NCBI GenBank assembly: GCA_964016885.1
Contig: OZ024742.1
Location: 278,752,001 to 278,816,000 of the forward strand
Length of the DNA: 64,000 nucleotides
Source: Eledone cirrhosa
Lineage: Eukaryota
Reading direction: 5' to 3'
The notes under the pieces were generated by a model. That model had not been told where the DNA came from and did not search any database. It saw only the letters and a list, made by a program, of their open reading frames with translations. A program made the position numbers and the translations under genes. This document shows positions 43,289-55,098 of the stretch, piece after piece. Numbering within the stretch: position 1 is the stretch's first letter; the number at the start of each line of letters is the position of its first letter.

Positions 43289-43368
43289 TTGTGTATATAT
43301 ATATATAAAGGAAGAATATATATATATGTATAATATGCATGTGTTTATATATATACATATATATATAC

Positions 43369-43472
<104 letters not shown>

Positions 43473-43554
43473 AATTAGCGAAAATCGCATTTCGGCTATT
43501 GGAAATTAGCGAAAAACAACTTCCGAAATGTGTGGCAAGCGCTCCAATCAGCTA

Positions 43555-43617
<63 letters not shown>

Positions 43618-44171
43618 GCATGTCTATGTATATGCACGGGGGCATCGAAATAATCGGTCTGGATGCCCAATGGCGCGGTTAAACCACTGGGAGTGAAGGA
43701 ACCTTAGGCTCTGTCAGGGCATTCTTCTGGGAAACTGGGATAACTCCCACATAAAACCTCCGGCTCAGTAGTTACAGATGTAGATGATCTTTATTTATTT
43801 TATTTTCGGGTTATAGCTTCTGTCGCTCAGAGAATGGGATTGACTCAGTGCACAGTCTTTCCTCACTTAAAAAAATAAATCTTCACGCACAGGCATTGCA
43901 CGATAACATTAATTGGTAATTATTAATAATATTATATCGTGAAATGGCCATACTCAATAACGAGGGGGCAGCCACCAGATATATATTAACCGAAACCAAT
44001 GGAGCTTGCGGTCGATTCTCTAACATATTAATATACTCATATTGCATCGCTCCATGGATTGAGTACTTTTCTGATTTATGGTCATCCCTGTCTTCATTCC
44101 GATAACACTTTATATACATCTCTCTCTCTTGCTCTCTCGCTCTCACTCTCTGTCTCTCTATCTCTCTCTTC

Positions 44172-44339
<168 letters not shown>

Positions 44340-45064
44340 TCGTGACAAAACTTTAGTTAATTCATTTACAATGAAGTAATAATACTTTGATATTCAAGTT
44401 TTAATAGATTTTCTATATTTGGAATGTTATAAATTCTGTGTAGTTATTGAAAAATTATCCACTTCTGATGAATTAATGTATTGAAAATTGCACCACTTTT
44501 TTCTACCATTTATCACAAATATCAACTGAATTTTCTCAGAATTATATTTAGCCAAGTACAATTTGCGTGCTAGACTTAATAATCTTCTAAAGCAATTAAG
44601 AATTATTACATCATCAGTCCTATCTAACGTCCGTGAGCTTTTCAAAGCAATACAGGACCAACTTTCTCATTAAGAAGCAAAGTAAAAAAATATCATTAGA
44701 TTTAAAAGATTATACTCTATGGCGTCACTTCTATTCAAACGTTACAAATTACAAATATGTAGTTAATCAATGAATTATAACATTTTAATTAAGGTTAGGA
44801 AGTTGGATTACGTGCGTATCTATGGATGTATAGACATAGGCATTGCTATGTGATTAGGAAGGTCGCGTCATCACCTTGAAGTCATGTATTTGCACCGTCT
44901 GCGTGGCATCATAGAAAATTGTCATTTACCATAACCTTGCTGAAATCGACGGTGGTTCATTCCATAGCACACTCACCGCCATCTCTCTCTCACTCCCACT
45001 CTTTCTTTATCCCTTCTCTCTCTCTATTTCACTTCCATACATATACACACACACCCTCTCTCTC

Positions 45065-45100
<36 letters not shown>

Positions 45101-45154
45101 CGCGCGTGTGTGTGTGTGTTTGTGCATGTAAGTATGTATCTATGTATGGGATGT

Positions 45155-45348
45155 TGTATGTGGAGACTTCTGGTGTCCTCGGCCCTAGGGCTACCTCCCT
45201 ACTCACCACCATAGGCGCTGAGCTGGCCAGCCGCAGATGTGAGCCTCGCGAGTTGGAATGGCTATTCCAGCGCGTTTCCCTCGCCGTCCACCGGGGAAAC
45301 GCCTTCTTCATTCTGTCCGCCGGGGCTGTGGGGTGGCCACCAATATGA
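45155..45348 (+). mobile_element. 3' fragment of a CRE-like non-LTR retrotransposon with restriction-like endonuclease
   Basis: ETSGVLGPRA...WLFQRVSLAVHRGNA matches the CRE-clade C-terminal 'QRLS.A.QRGNA' motif. Confidence 0.75.
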
Positions 45349-45559
45349 TTGACTGACTTGTCATTTCATCAGTCAACTGTTGCTGTCGTTAACATCTGTC
45401 AGTTCCTTAAAACTCATAGAAGGGTTGCTTTGTATATCAGTGAAGATGTGACATTCTTAGTACTGTTGTCACATTTCAATTCAGTCTGTGACACACTAAT
45501 AATGCTTATAGATCACTTAAAATGGCAGTGCTGTATGTTCTGGTTTTATTATTTTCATA

Positions 45560-45690
45560 GAATTACGGCCCTTTAGGATCTGAATTCAAATCCCGCCGAA
45601 GTTAATATTGCATTTCATCCTTATGGGGTCGATAAAATAAAGTACCAGTTACGCACTGGGTCGATTTAATCTACTTACCCCTCTCCCAAA
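45560..45690 (+). mobile_element. tRNA-derived SINE, partial
   Basis: TTCAAATCCCGCCGAAGTTAA...GTCGATAAAATAAAGTACCAGTTACGCACTGGG. Confidence 0.7.
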
Positions 45691-46255
45691 ACTTTCACCA
45701 ATTTAGATATATATACATATATAAATATATTTAATAAGTCGAGTGTCATTGTAATATGGTGGGATTTATACATTTTCTGGTGGTAGGGGAGGGTGGTGAT
45801 TGTGATAGGTGGAGGTCATTGGTTGATGGATTTAAAGAATGGGGAACCTTTAAAAAAACTATATTTAGAGAAAAATACACAGTGATACAAAGGCAAAAGT
45901 AAATTCACGCTAAGTACCTATAGACAAACACATACACAGTGACAGGCACTCCTAATTTTCAAGGTTCATTTATTCCAAGCAAACAAAGGGTTTTCATTGA
46001 GTGGCAATATTAATATTTTTTTGTATCCATATACATATCTATATGTGTGTATATATAGATATGTATCTATGTATTTATGTATGTATATGTACACATGTGG
46101 GTGTGTGTGTGTGTGAGTGTGTGTGTGTATGTATGGGCATGTGTGTCTGTGTGTGATTGTAAAGATCTGACCATTTTGTGGTCTCTAACACAGCATGTTA
46201 ATACAGGCACTTAAAGAAATTCCTTTTTGTCTGCTTAGCAAAATTGAACCTTGAA

Positions 46256-46344
<89 letters not shown>

Positions 46345-46584
46345 ATTGTAGACATCTGACCATTTTTGCAGACCTCACCATTCTTTAGCAGGGCATTTTA
46401 ATTTCTGCTTATACTGTCTCCAAACACCATTTCTGCTTTATAGACTTAATGAGAGACGATAACTAGCCAAAAGGCTGTGACTTTCATTTGGCGCAAATAA
46501 TCACCCCCAATTTCGTCGATAGCATGCTGAATTTCAATAATTGGTTTCTTATTTAATATTCTCGTGTTATGTCTTTTTTCGAGA

Positions 46585-46680
46585 GAAAGTTTCATATACA
46601 GATCAATCTCTGTTTCGAAAGTTTCATATACAGATCAATCTCTGTTTCGAAAGTTTCATATACAGATCAATCTCTGTTTC
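46585..46680. repeat. 32-bp minisatellite, three copies
   Basis: GAAAGTTTCATATACAGATCAATCTCTGTTTC three times, with no spacers. Confidence 0.9.
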
Positions 46681-47689
46681 GAAAATTTCACTAAGGATAT
46701 ATTTAAACTGTTTAGATTCTTCATATTCCCAGCTTGTTATCACTGAGTTTATTTTGATATTGATTGTTAACCTAACTATGAGATATTACAGTCGATGTAT
46801 AGTCTGTATTGATACGTGGTGTCACATTTGTCACCAGCACGGCTCTTTCAATAGACTATTTGTTTATTATTGATGGTCAGCCTGCCTTCAAGAAAACTAA
46901 ATACCATAATGGCTTGTTGTGACATGTATTGATCATGTGTCCGATCTAGAAGATTGCTTAATTAATGTTTTTTGTACGGATTTCCCCATTGTATTATTGT
47001 TTGGAATAATGATTATGTTATAATTACGTCCACCAAATGTGTTTTTTGCACAATTGTTTGGTTGCGAAATAATGTAGCTCTGGGAGAAGTTCGTCTCAGT
47101 GTAGCTTCATTCTGTATATATGACCAACAGAGAAATCTTTTTTTGCCATTTTATAACACAACTCAATGCCAGCTTTAATCCACAAATCAAGAAAATATTA
47201 GAACTCAGTACGCAGTACATAACAAAAAGCACGTACACGTAATTTCTGACATAATAACGCACTCACGCATAACAGCCAACTCTAACAGGCACTTACAAAT
47301 AGAAATACATTTGAAACATACATGCACACAACCAGAACCCAAACACACAATACAAGCCAGAATAGCTAGATTATCCACCCATTTGCAATTTGACACAATA
47401 TTTGTATCGAAAAATTTGACCTAGAAAATATAAACAAATCATACAATATTTGACAGGAACACGCATACACGCTCACACAAAGGTATAAACGTCATTCCAT
47501 AGACGACGTCACTCTCCCAACACTTCCGGCGGCGATAAATATATCACCGCTTCCAAACAAAGAAGAAAAGTGGCGAGTCGATAACAAAGCCGTGATCATA
47601 TATATATATGATCACAGTGTTGTTATCGGCGTATGTATGTATGTATGTATGTATGTATGTATGTATGTATGTATGTATGTATGTATGTT

Positions 47690-48312
47690 TATGTCAGGTC
47701 ACCAGTTGGTGCTACTGGTAACATGTATCCCAGTACAACCTGACCCATGGTCGGGTCGTTGGCGACTAAACTGGCAACCCCACCAAGGTTTCTTGGTGAG
47801 GAGGGTGACTTTGGACATCCTGCAGGACTAAAAACAAAACCTGTCAAAGGGCAAAGGAGCTCTTAAGAGTCAATGGCCATCCAAAATCACCGGGAGAGAT
47901 GACCCCTTAGCCTTTGTCAAGGCAGAATTCTAGGAGATGGAAAACTCTGATATAACACCTGCAACCCTGATGGTATCCAATGATGTTGACTTGTTCTTCT
48001 TTTTGGTAAATATCATCTTGGTTAAGAGAGTGGGACTGGCTTTGTGCAGTGCCTTTGCTCACTATAAAAGCTTCACGGCACAGGCATTGCTTTATATCTG
48101 GAGATCTCTCTGCACTTGTCGTCACATGGTACCATGGGCCCAGCACTATGTGTCAATATTTGTCACAGGTGTAGTGTTTGTACCAGAGTTTTCAAGTCGC
48201 TGGCTGGACTAAAAAGTCACTCGTTCAGCGCATCGGTAGGGGTTCTCCTATATGGATATAAGGTAGTGGCCGTACTCGAAAACGAGTTGGCAGCCACCAT
48301 GTATGTATGTAT
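47690..48312 (+). mobile_element. Internally deleted RTE-like element flanked by (TATG)n
   Basis: Degraded APE-like segment and C-terminal zinc finger CSVCTRVFKSLAGLKSH; ends in ATGTATGTATGT. Confidence 0.55.
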
Positions 48313-48344
48313 AAGGAATTCCAGCAGACACAAAGGGAAATTAA

Positions 48345-48389
48345 ATTACTGACAGCTGTTTCTGGCTTATCGGTTGTTGTCAAGGTAAT
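48345..48389 (-). ncRNA. Hammerhead motif, U3-A8 variant
   Basis: AUUACC-UUGACAA-CAACCGAUAAGCCA-GAAAC-AGCU-GUC^AGUAAU. Confidence 0.5.
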
Positions 48390-48532
48390 GCCCTCCTCTG
48401 CCACACTTCCTGTTGGAACAAAAATAGGTGTAAACATATAATTTTAACACTTATATATATGTGCTGATTAGTTTCATTTGCATACGGAGCTGTAGGCTGG
48501 CTCGGCCTGAGCAAGAAATAGAATTAAGGTGT

Positions 48533-48956
48533 TCACTCCAACATATAAACAAAACAAGATTCTACTTCTTGGCAATACTCCCACGATTTTTCGAAGACCA
48601 GCCGCAACGTGAATATTTGGTTGGCTGTGCTGCGTCCGAGGCGAAAACCACAATGTTCATCAGCTCGTTTGGACTCGATTATCCCCCTGCACCTCTTTAC
48701 CCGACACTTAGCGTAAACTTTAACGGGAAGGCTTAACATTGAGATCCCTCTACGGCTAAAACAAACCGACAAGAGACCCATGGGTTGACTCCGGGGAAGA
48801 TAGTTGGATAACATCCATGAGCTTGGCAGGTCTCGCTTGGGAATCCAGCCAAATCAGTTCGAGACGGTTGCTTCTGACAGGACCCGCTGGAAGGTATGTT
48901 TGAAGAACCTGCCACCACGACCCTCTCAAGAAGAAGAAGAAGAAGAAGAAGAAGAA

Positions 48957-48999
<43 letters not shown>

Positions 49000-49020
49000 C
49001 AGCAGCAGCAGCAGCAGCTC
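48533..49020. mobile_element. RTE LINE fragment with an inverted 5' segment and a (GAA)n/(GCA)n tail
   Basis: Minus-strand RT piece EHCGFRLGRSTANQIFTLRLVFEKSWEY joined to plus-strand C-terminus DNIHELG...ASDRTRWK. Confidence 0.75.
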
Positions 49021-49287
49021 CAACGTAGCTTTGTCCCTTTCAAAATTCATAGATAAATTCAATCAAATGTGTATTCGTCGTAAACATATTGTAAATTATT
49101 TGATATACAAAATTTAAATACTTATATGTTCATAGTTGTGTTGGAGCGAGCACCTTAATTATATTTTTTGTTCGAGCCAGCCTACAGCTCTGTATGCAAA
49201 TGAGAATAATGAGCCCATATGTATAAGCGTTAAAACTTTACGTTTGCGTCTATTTTCAGGTCCAGGAAGCAAGGTAGAGGGGTTCAC

Positions 49288-49328
49288 TATCTTGACAAAG
49301 ACCGATAAACCAGAAACAGCTGTCGGTA
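49288..49328 (+). ncRNA. Hammerhead motif, U3-A8 variant (inverted partner of 48345)
   Basis: UAUC-UUGACAA-AGACCGAUAAACCA-GAAAC-AGCU-GUC^GGUA. Confidence 0.5.
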
Positions 49329-49471
49329 ATTTCCCCTTGTTTTAGTTGGACCTCGCTAGGTGGAACCCTGCCACAATGTTTTAAAATGTAGAGCTTTCAA
49401 ATGTTTATTCGTAAACATATATATTATCCGATATACAAAGTTTACACACACGCACACACACACACAGAGAC

Positions 49472-49502
<31 letters not shown>

Positions 49503-49515
49503 CATGCATACATAC

Positions 49516-49547
<32 letters not shown>

Positions 49548-49550
49548 ATA

Positions 49551-49772
49551 TATATTGTTACGAATCTAAAATGTTGTTCGGCCCGGAAATGAAATAAAAA
49601 ATATATATATGTGCATGTAGACGTACTCTTATAGGTGTCTGATATCATTATGTATGTATATATACATACATAATGATATCAGACACCTATAAGAGTACGT
49701 TTACATGCACATATATATATTTTTTTATTTCATTTCCGGGGCCGAACAACATTTTAGATTCGTAACAATATA
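49551..49772. repeat. Near-perfect spacerless palindrome with ~110-bp arms
   Basis: Centred on TGTATATATACA; arms GTTACGAATCTAAAATGTTGTTCGGCCC... and its reverse complement. Confidence 0.9.
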
Positions 49773-50274
49773 TTTTGGGATTTGTTATCGTAGTTCGTTA
49801 TAAAGTATTACTAATAGGAGTTTGCCACCCAACGTAATTATCTAACGTTTTACCTTACTTCATATTCAAACATTTATATTTTTTGTTTTCTTTTCTATAG
49901 TTATTTTTTAAAACTTTTTATTCAACTCTCTTTGATATTCTATTCCATCTTCTTTGAAAACAGTAAATGTTAATCTATATTTTTCGAGTTTTTAAGTTTC
50001 TAAACCATATATGTTTTCTTCTTCTTCTTCTTCTTCTTCTTCTTCTTCTTCTTCTTCCTCGTCCACGTGTTCTTGAGAAGGTCGTGGGGAGCAGAGTCTT
50101 CAAACACTCCTTCCAGAGGGGGCTGTTACAAACAACCGTCTCCACCCTTTTTTTTACATATTTATAATTTCCTACGTTAGTGATTTTTTTTGTACGTATC
50201 AGATTCGTAGTTTCAGAAATAATGTTTGACTATCTGTCTATCTATGTTTATCTAAACCCCCCCTCTCTATCTCT

Positions 50275-50338
<64 letters not shown>

Positions 50339-50639
50339 TTCTTTCTCTCGCTCTCTCTCTCTCTCACTCTCTCCTTCTTTTTCTTTCTCTCTCTCACCCT
50401 ATCTTACTGGTGCTCCTTCACCCATTTTCTGCCAATCTACAAATCTACAAAACTTTTTTACCTCATCATTCTTGTTTTCTTTAGACATTTTTGGCAATGA
50501 ATTTAATTTGTATATATGTAATTTGTCGTAATATATTTCAAATGCCACTTAAAAGTCAGTATCGTCATCATCAACATCGTCTTCAGTATCATCGTTGTTG
50601 TTTTTTATATTGTTTATGTTACTACAACTACTACCACAA

Positions 50640-53230
50640 TATATTCCCAAATAGAGGCGGATAACAACCCAGGAACGACTCAGGAATTCCACAAATCCTG
50701 AAACACCCGACTTTCATGCTCAGAGCAGGCCTATTCATAGGAGCAATTCTTGCCACATTAACCCACCTTTTAGAAAATGTATTGCGGATAAGCATCTCAT
50801 CTTCCTTTCCAGCATACAGGGGGGAAATGCCTGCCCTTCTCGACCAAAAAAAGATAGCGGGCGATATTTATTATTGACTCGGTCGGTTGCCGGATCCATC
50901 CCACACATGATAAAAGCTGTTCGACGTAACTCCACAAGTCAGTAATGCATGGACACTGGACGAGTGTATGCCGAATGGTTTAGTCATTCTGTGTGCATCA
51001 CAGACAGGTCCATCTGATCGCACGTCCGTGCCTCTACAATTTACCTCGAACGGGCAGTGTCCTCCCCCCACCCCCCGGTAGTTCCCGGCACGAAAGTCCT
51101 CCGGAACTCACTGGTCAGTTCGATTTCCTCGCCGACCAACACCTCTCTAAGAACGTTGTCGCACTTGCCCACCAGTAATCCTCAATAGAAAACTTGAGTG
51201 GAATTTCCATCAGTGGAGATCAGTGAGCGCCAGGCAACATTCCAGATGCCAGATGCCCAGTCACAGTCTCTTAGTAACCCAGGGCTGCAGCTCAGTCAAA
51301 AAGTCAAAGTGTAGAAAGGTGTCTCACAAACGTTGACCACACCTGTTCACCGTTGAAGAATGTCTGAGGAATATATGTTTGCTCATGATTAGTCACTGCA
51401 TGCTCAACCCTCCACATTGATGGTGCAGGCAGCAGATGAACCGCCTCGGCAATAGAACCTGTCCCTTCCACAAAAGGTTAAAAAGCAGACATTGGTGACG
51501 GAAGTGATGTATGCGTTCGCCACCGCCGCTTGAAAACCTTCCAAGATGGCTTCTTCTCTGCCCATTTCTTGGTGAGAGTGGCTACCCTGGTCGTTACCTG
51601 GGACCAGATTTTATCCATATGGAGGTCTGGTCCGAAACAGACCCTGAGAAACTTCACCTGTCCACCCGTCTAGCGTCCAACGTCGCTGTTGAACAACAAA
51701 TTTGTCTCTTCACCTGCCGAGCTCCAAACCCAGGGACTTATCCGGGTTCAACTTTACTGCACTCAAGCTTTTTTTATTCTTAAAAGAAGGTACCGACTAC
51801 CATCATATCCGTGGTCGACACCATCACAGTAATGTCCCCATATACCGACACGACCTTTCCAGGCCCTGGTTAGAGCGGGACATTTTGCAACAGCTCCGTC
51901 TGCCGAAGTAAAGCCTCGTGAGTCGTGCGTGTAAAATGGGTTAGCCAAGGCACCCGTAACGGACCGAACGCGTGTTCTAAAACGGTTCCAAAAAGTGGCA
52001 ATTTATTTTTAGATAAGATGCCGTTGTGCAATGCAGTAGTTCAACCTCTGAAGTCGGGGAGGAAGGCAGCTGCCTTGAGGACAACATCTAGGTATCGATT
52101 GTCGAGCCTCTCGAAAGCTTTCGATTGATCTAAATTGATCATAGACCCACGGAAGGCAGGTGTTCAGCTTACATTCTTTATGATATATCGCATGGGGTAG
52201 ATGTCGTTTATTGACCTGGTTCGGAATACACAAGTTTGCGCCTCCCCTACCAAACCCTTGACGACTAGCACCATCTTCATCGCTAGGACCTTGACCAAAC
52301 TCTTAAACTCTGTGTTTAACATAGTTATTAGTCTGAAAGTATCTACAATATCCCTATTGTTCTCGTCTTTCCACGCCAGCATCACTACGCCCCCGCTCAC
52401 AAAATTGTGGATACGTCTGTTCTGGTGGCTGTTGCCGTAAACCGATTCGAGGAGATCGGAGAACACGTCTAGCATTTCTACGTAAAACTCGGCTGAACTT
52501 ACCGGCCTTTTACAGCACTCAGCATCAGTTGCAGAGAGTTTTGTGAGGCCATCGAGGTAGGAACTGTAGTCCACCACCGTAATCGTCATCCCGCTCCCTC
52601 CGAAAAACCGAGGAAAATGGTGGTGAAAGGTTGCACACATTTGCCTGGAAATGTTAAGCACGCGTTCGTTTTGATCCGTCAAAGATCGAATTGTAATTTT
52701 GTTGCCACGCTACGCCTCCATCATATGGGCCCATCGAACAGCTTTCGTTTCTTCGTTTCCTGGAGCACGCGCCTTAGTTCTGACCATTCAACCTTTCAAC
52801 CTTCAAGTTTCGCATTGAAGAAATGGTCTAATGCCATTCTCATCGACAGTGCGTCAGTCGCAATGCCATTAGATATCGCCTTGTTTAATTTAGCCTGCAG
52901 CTCCCTCTCCTTTCTTATTTTTTCTAAACTACCTCTTTACTAAAATACATTGAAGTCAGTCTAATCGCTCTCCTCAGAGCACACCACCACCTGTTATTGA
53001 AGACCCCTCCTGTCAACTTCAGCTTAACTAAATTTATGACCCTGTCTCTATAATCTTTATGCGCCGGGAAGGAGGTTTTCAGCTTTCAGTAACTTGTTCT
53101 TAGCCTACATCTTTTCTAAGTCGGCCATGAAGATCACAAATTTGTGGTCTGAATAGGTGACAATTCGGAAATGTGCTCAACCTATTGCCCTTTTCTGCTG
53201 ACCTAACGACAAACTTATCTATAAACAATC
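50640..53230 (-). mobile_element. Old degraded Tx1 LINE, copy D
   Basis: YLDGLTKLS, FRLITMLNTEFK, GEAQTC and MRYII fragments homologous to copy A. Confidence 0.85.
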
Positions 53231-53234
53231 TAGA

Positions 53235-53916
53235 TCTGAGAAGCTATTGGCTTCCATGAAATCGAACTGCCGAGAGTGATCCAGAGGAATTTTGTGCCGG
53301 GGTCTATGGATAATTTCCTGAAATCTGTCACTTGGCAGTGCAAGCGGAGGGCACTGCCGGTTCGAGATAACCTCGAAAGGCACCGAAATGCGGTCATATG
53401 GACCTGTCACAGATGTGTACAGAGCGACGAAACCGTTCACAATTTAGGTGTCTGTACATTACTGACTTGTGGAGTTATGTCGAATAGCTGTTATCGCGTG
53501 GAGGACAGGTCAGACTATCGATCGAATCCATAGTGAAACTCAACCCACCGCCTTCTTTTGGCCGGGATCGGCAGGCAGTTTTCCTCTCTCTCTGCTGGCC
53601 GTAGCGAAAGAGGTTGTGTGGTGGACGGGGCTGAAAGAAGTGAAGGCAGACACTTTTCTCTTCGATTAATTCCTCAAGAACCTTTTCAAGATTAACTTGG
53701 AACGGAATGCACGGATGGAGAAAGAAGTGCGACCCCGCCGTACAGTTACTAAAGGTGGATGAATGTAGCGAGAATGGCCTCTGAACATCCGCCTGTAGGG
53801 TAGTTGATTATAATTGTTTATATAATTTTTTACACGATTTTATTGTTAACTCACACTGTCTCTGTCAATTGTATTGTCCCCTATATGTAGTCCATTGTGG
53901 CCAATAAATAAAGAAT
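53235..53916 (+). mobile_element. Tx1 3' fragment, copy E, head-to-head with copy D
   Basis: WQCKRRALPVRD...CHRC..DETVH and AVAKEVVWWT; 3' end TTGTATTGTCCCC...AATAAATAAAGAA followed by (ATT)n. Confidence 0.8.
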
Positions 53917-54194
53917 TATTGTTATTATTATTATTTTCTTTTCTCTGGCTTTATGTTCATACGAGTTATGACCAAGTCACAGCCAGTGACCTCAAGAGAC
54001 AACAAAATCCGCCATGTCCAAGAAAATACACACACAAATGTATATTTAGGTGTTTACACTTGTGATATACTTATATTGACAGAATCTTCCTTAATATATG
54101 GGCAGTTCCCATTAGGACTATTCTTTTTTGTATTTCTGCTATACGTGGGTTTCCTTGGATTTATTATTATTATAAGGGCAGTGCATTTGCAGTA

Positions 54195-54392
54195 TCTGTA
54201 GAGCATCGGATACCCTGCTTTGTGGGCATAGATGTATGGTCCTTTACGTTGTGAGTTCAAATCCCGCTGAAGTTAGCTTTGGCTTTCATCCATACAGGGT
54301 CAATAAAATAAAGTACTAGCAACACACTGTCGCTGATTTAATCGACATTGACCTCCCCAATATTGCTGGCCTTGTTCCTAAACCAGAAATCA
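54195..54392 (+). mobile_element. tRNA-derived SINE
   Basis: GAGTTCAAATCCCGCTGAAGTTAGCTTTGGCTTTCATCC. Confidence 0.7.
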
Positions 54393-55057
54393 TTATTATT
54401 CTAGTTTTTGCCTCTGTCTATGACTAGATTATCTAGACATGTCTTTAATATTCATATTGATTATTATCCTCTCCTAAAGACAAACAATACATTCAATAAC
54501 ATAAGAGAATATCAACACACAAAAAAACATGACATCATTAGTAGATCTAATGTAATTATTCCACGTGTGTTTACTTGTGTCTTCAATCATTATCTAATAC
54601 ATCACTATTGCTCTCTTTTTTTGCTTATTTTTCTGTTTTTCTTCTTTCCATAAATATGTCTCAATTTTGTCTCAAAGCCAAGCTTCAGCAGCTTAGTTCA
54701 AAGTATTTTGTAGTATTGTCCTTCTTGAAAAGTTTTCGCTGATTTTGGCATAGTTATAGGTATGTAAGCAAAATATTTACTCTTTGATGATCACGTTCAT
54801 TTTGGAAAGACGGCCATTATCTTCGCGGATCAACTGAACAAAAAAAAAAAAGGAACAGACTTACTGACAGAAAAAATCAACAAAAAACAAAAGGAAATCA
54901 ACGTTGAAATTACTTACATAAGGTGTTTAACACATGCATACTTACCCAGACACACACCCATGCATGTGCCCCTGTATACACACACACACACTCACACACA
55001 CATATATATATAACATTAATTGAAGATATATGTATATATTCTTATACAAAAGTATAG

Positions 55058-55098
<41 letters not shown>

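Noticed and set aside
43490-43560. CAGCTAG|T as a third Helitron 3' end
   Set aside because: No convincing subterminal hairpin or matching 5' end.
46585-46680. 32-bp repeats as a CRISPR array
   Set aside because: The repeats are contiguous with no spacers, there are no cas genes, and the context is eukaryotic.
47700-47780. HDV-like ribozyme at the RTE 5' end (CCAGT...GGGTCGTTGGCGACTAAACTGG)
   Set aside because: P2- and P4-like pieces are visible, but I could not assign P1, P3 or L3 by eye; it needs a descriptor search.
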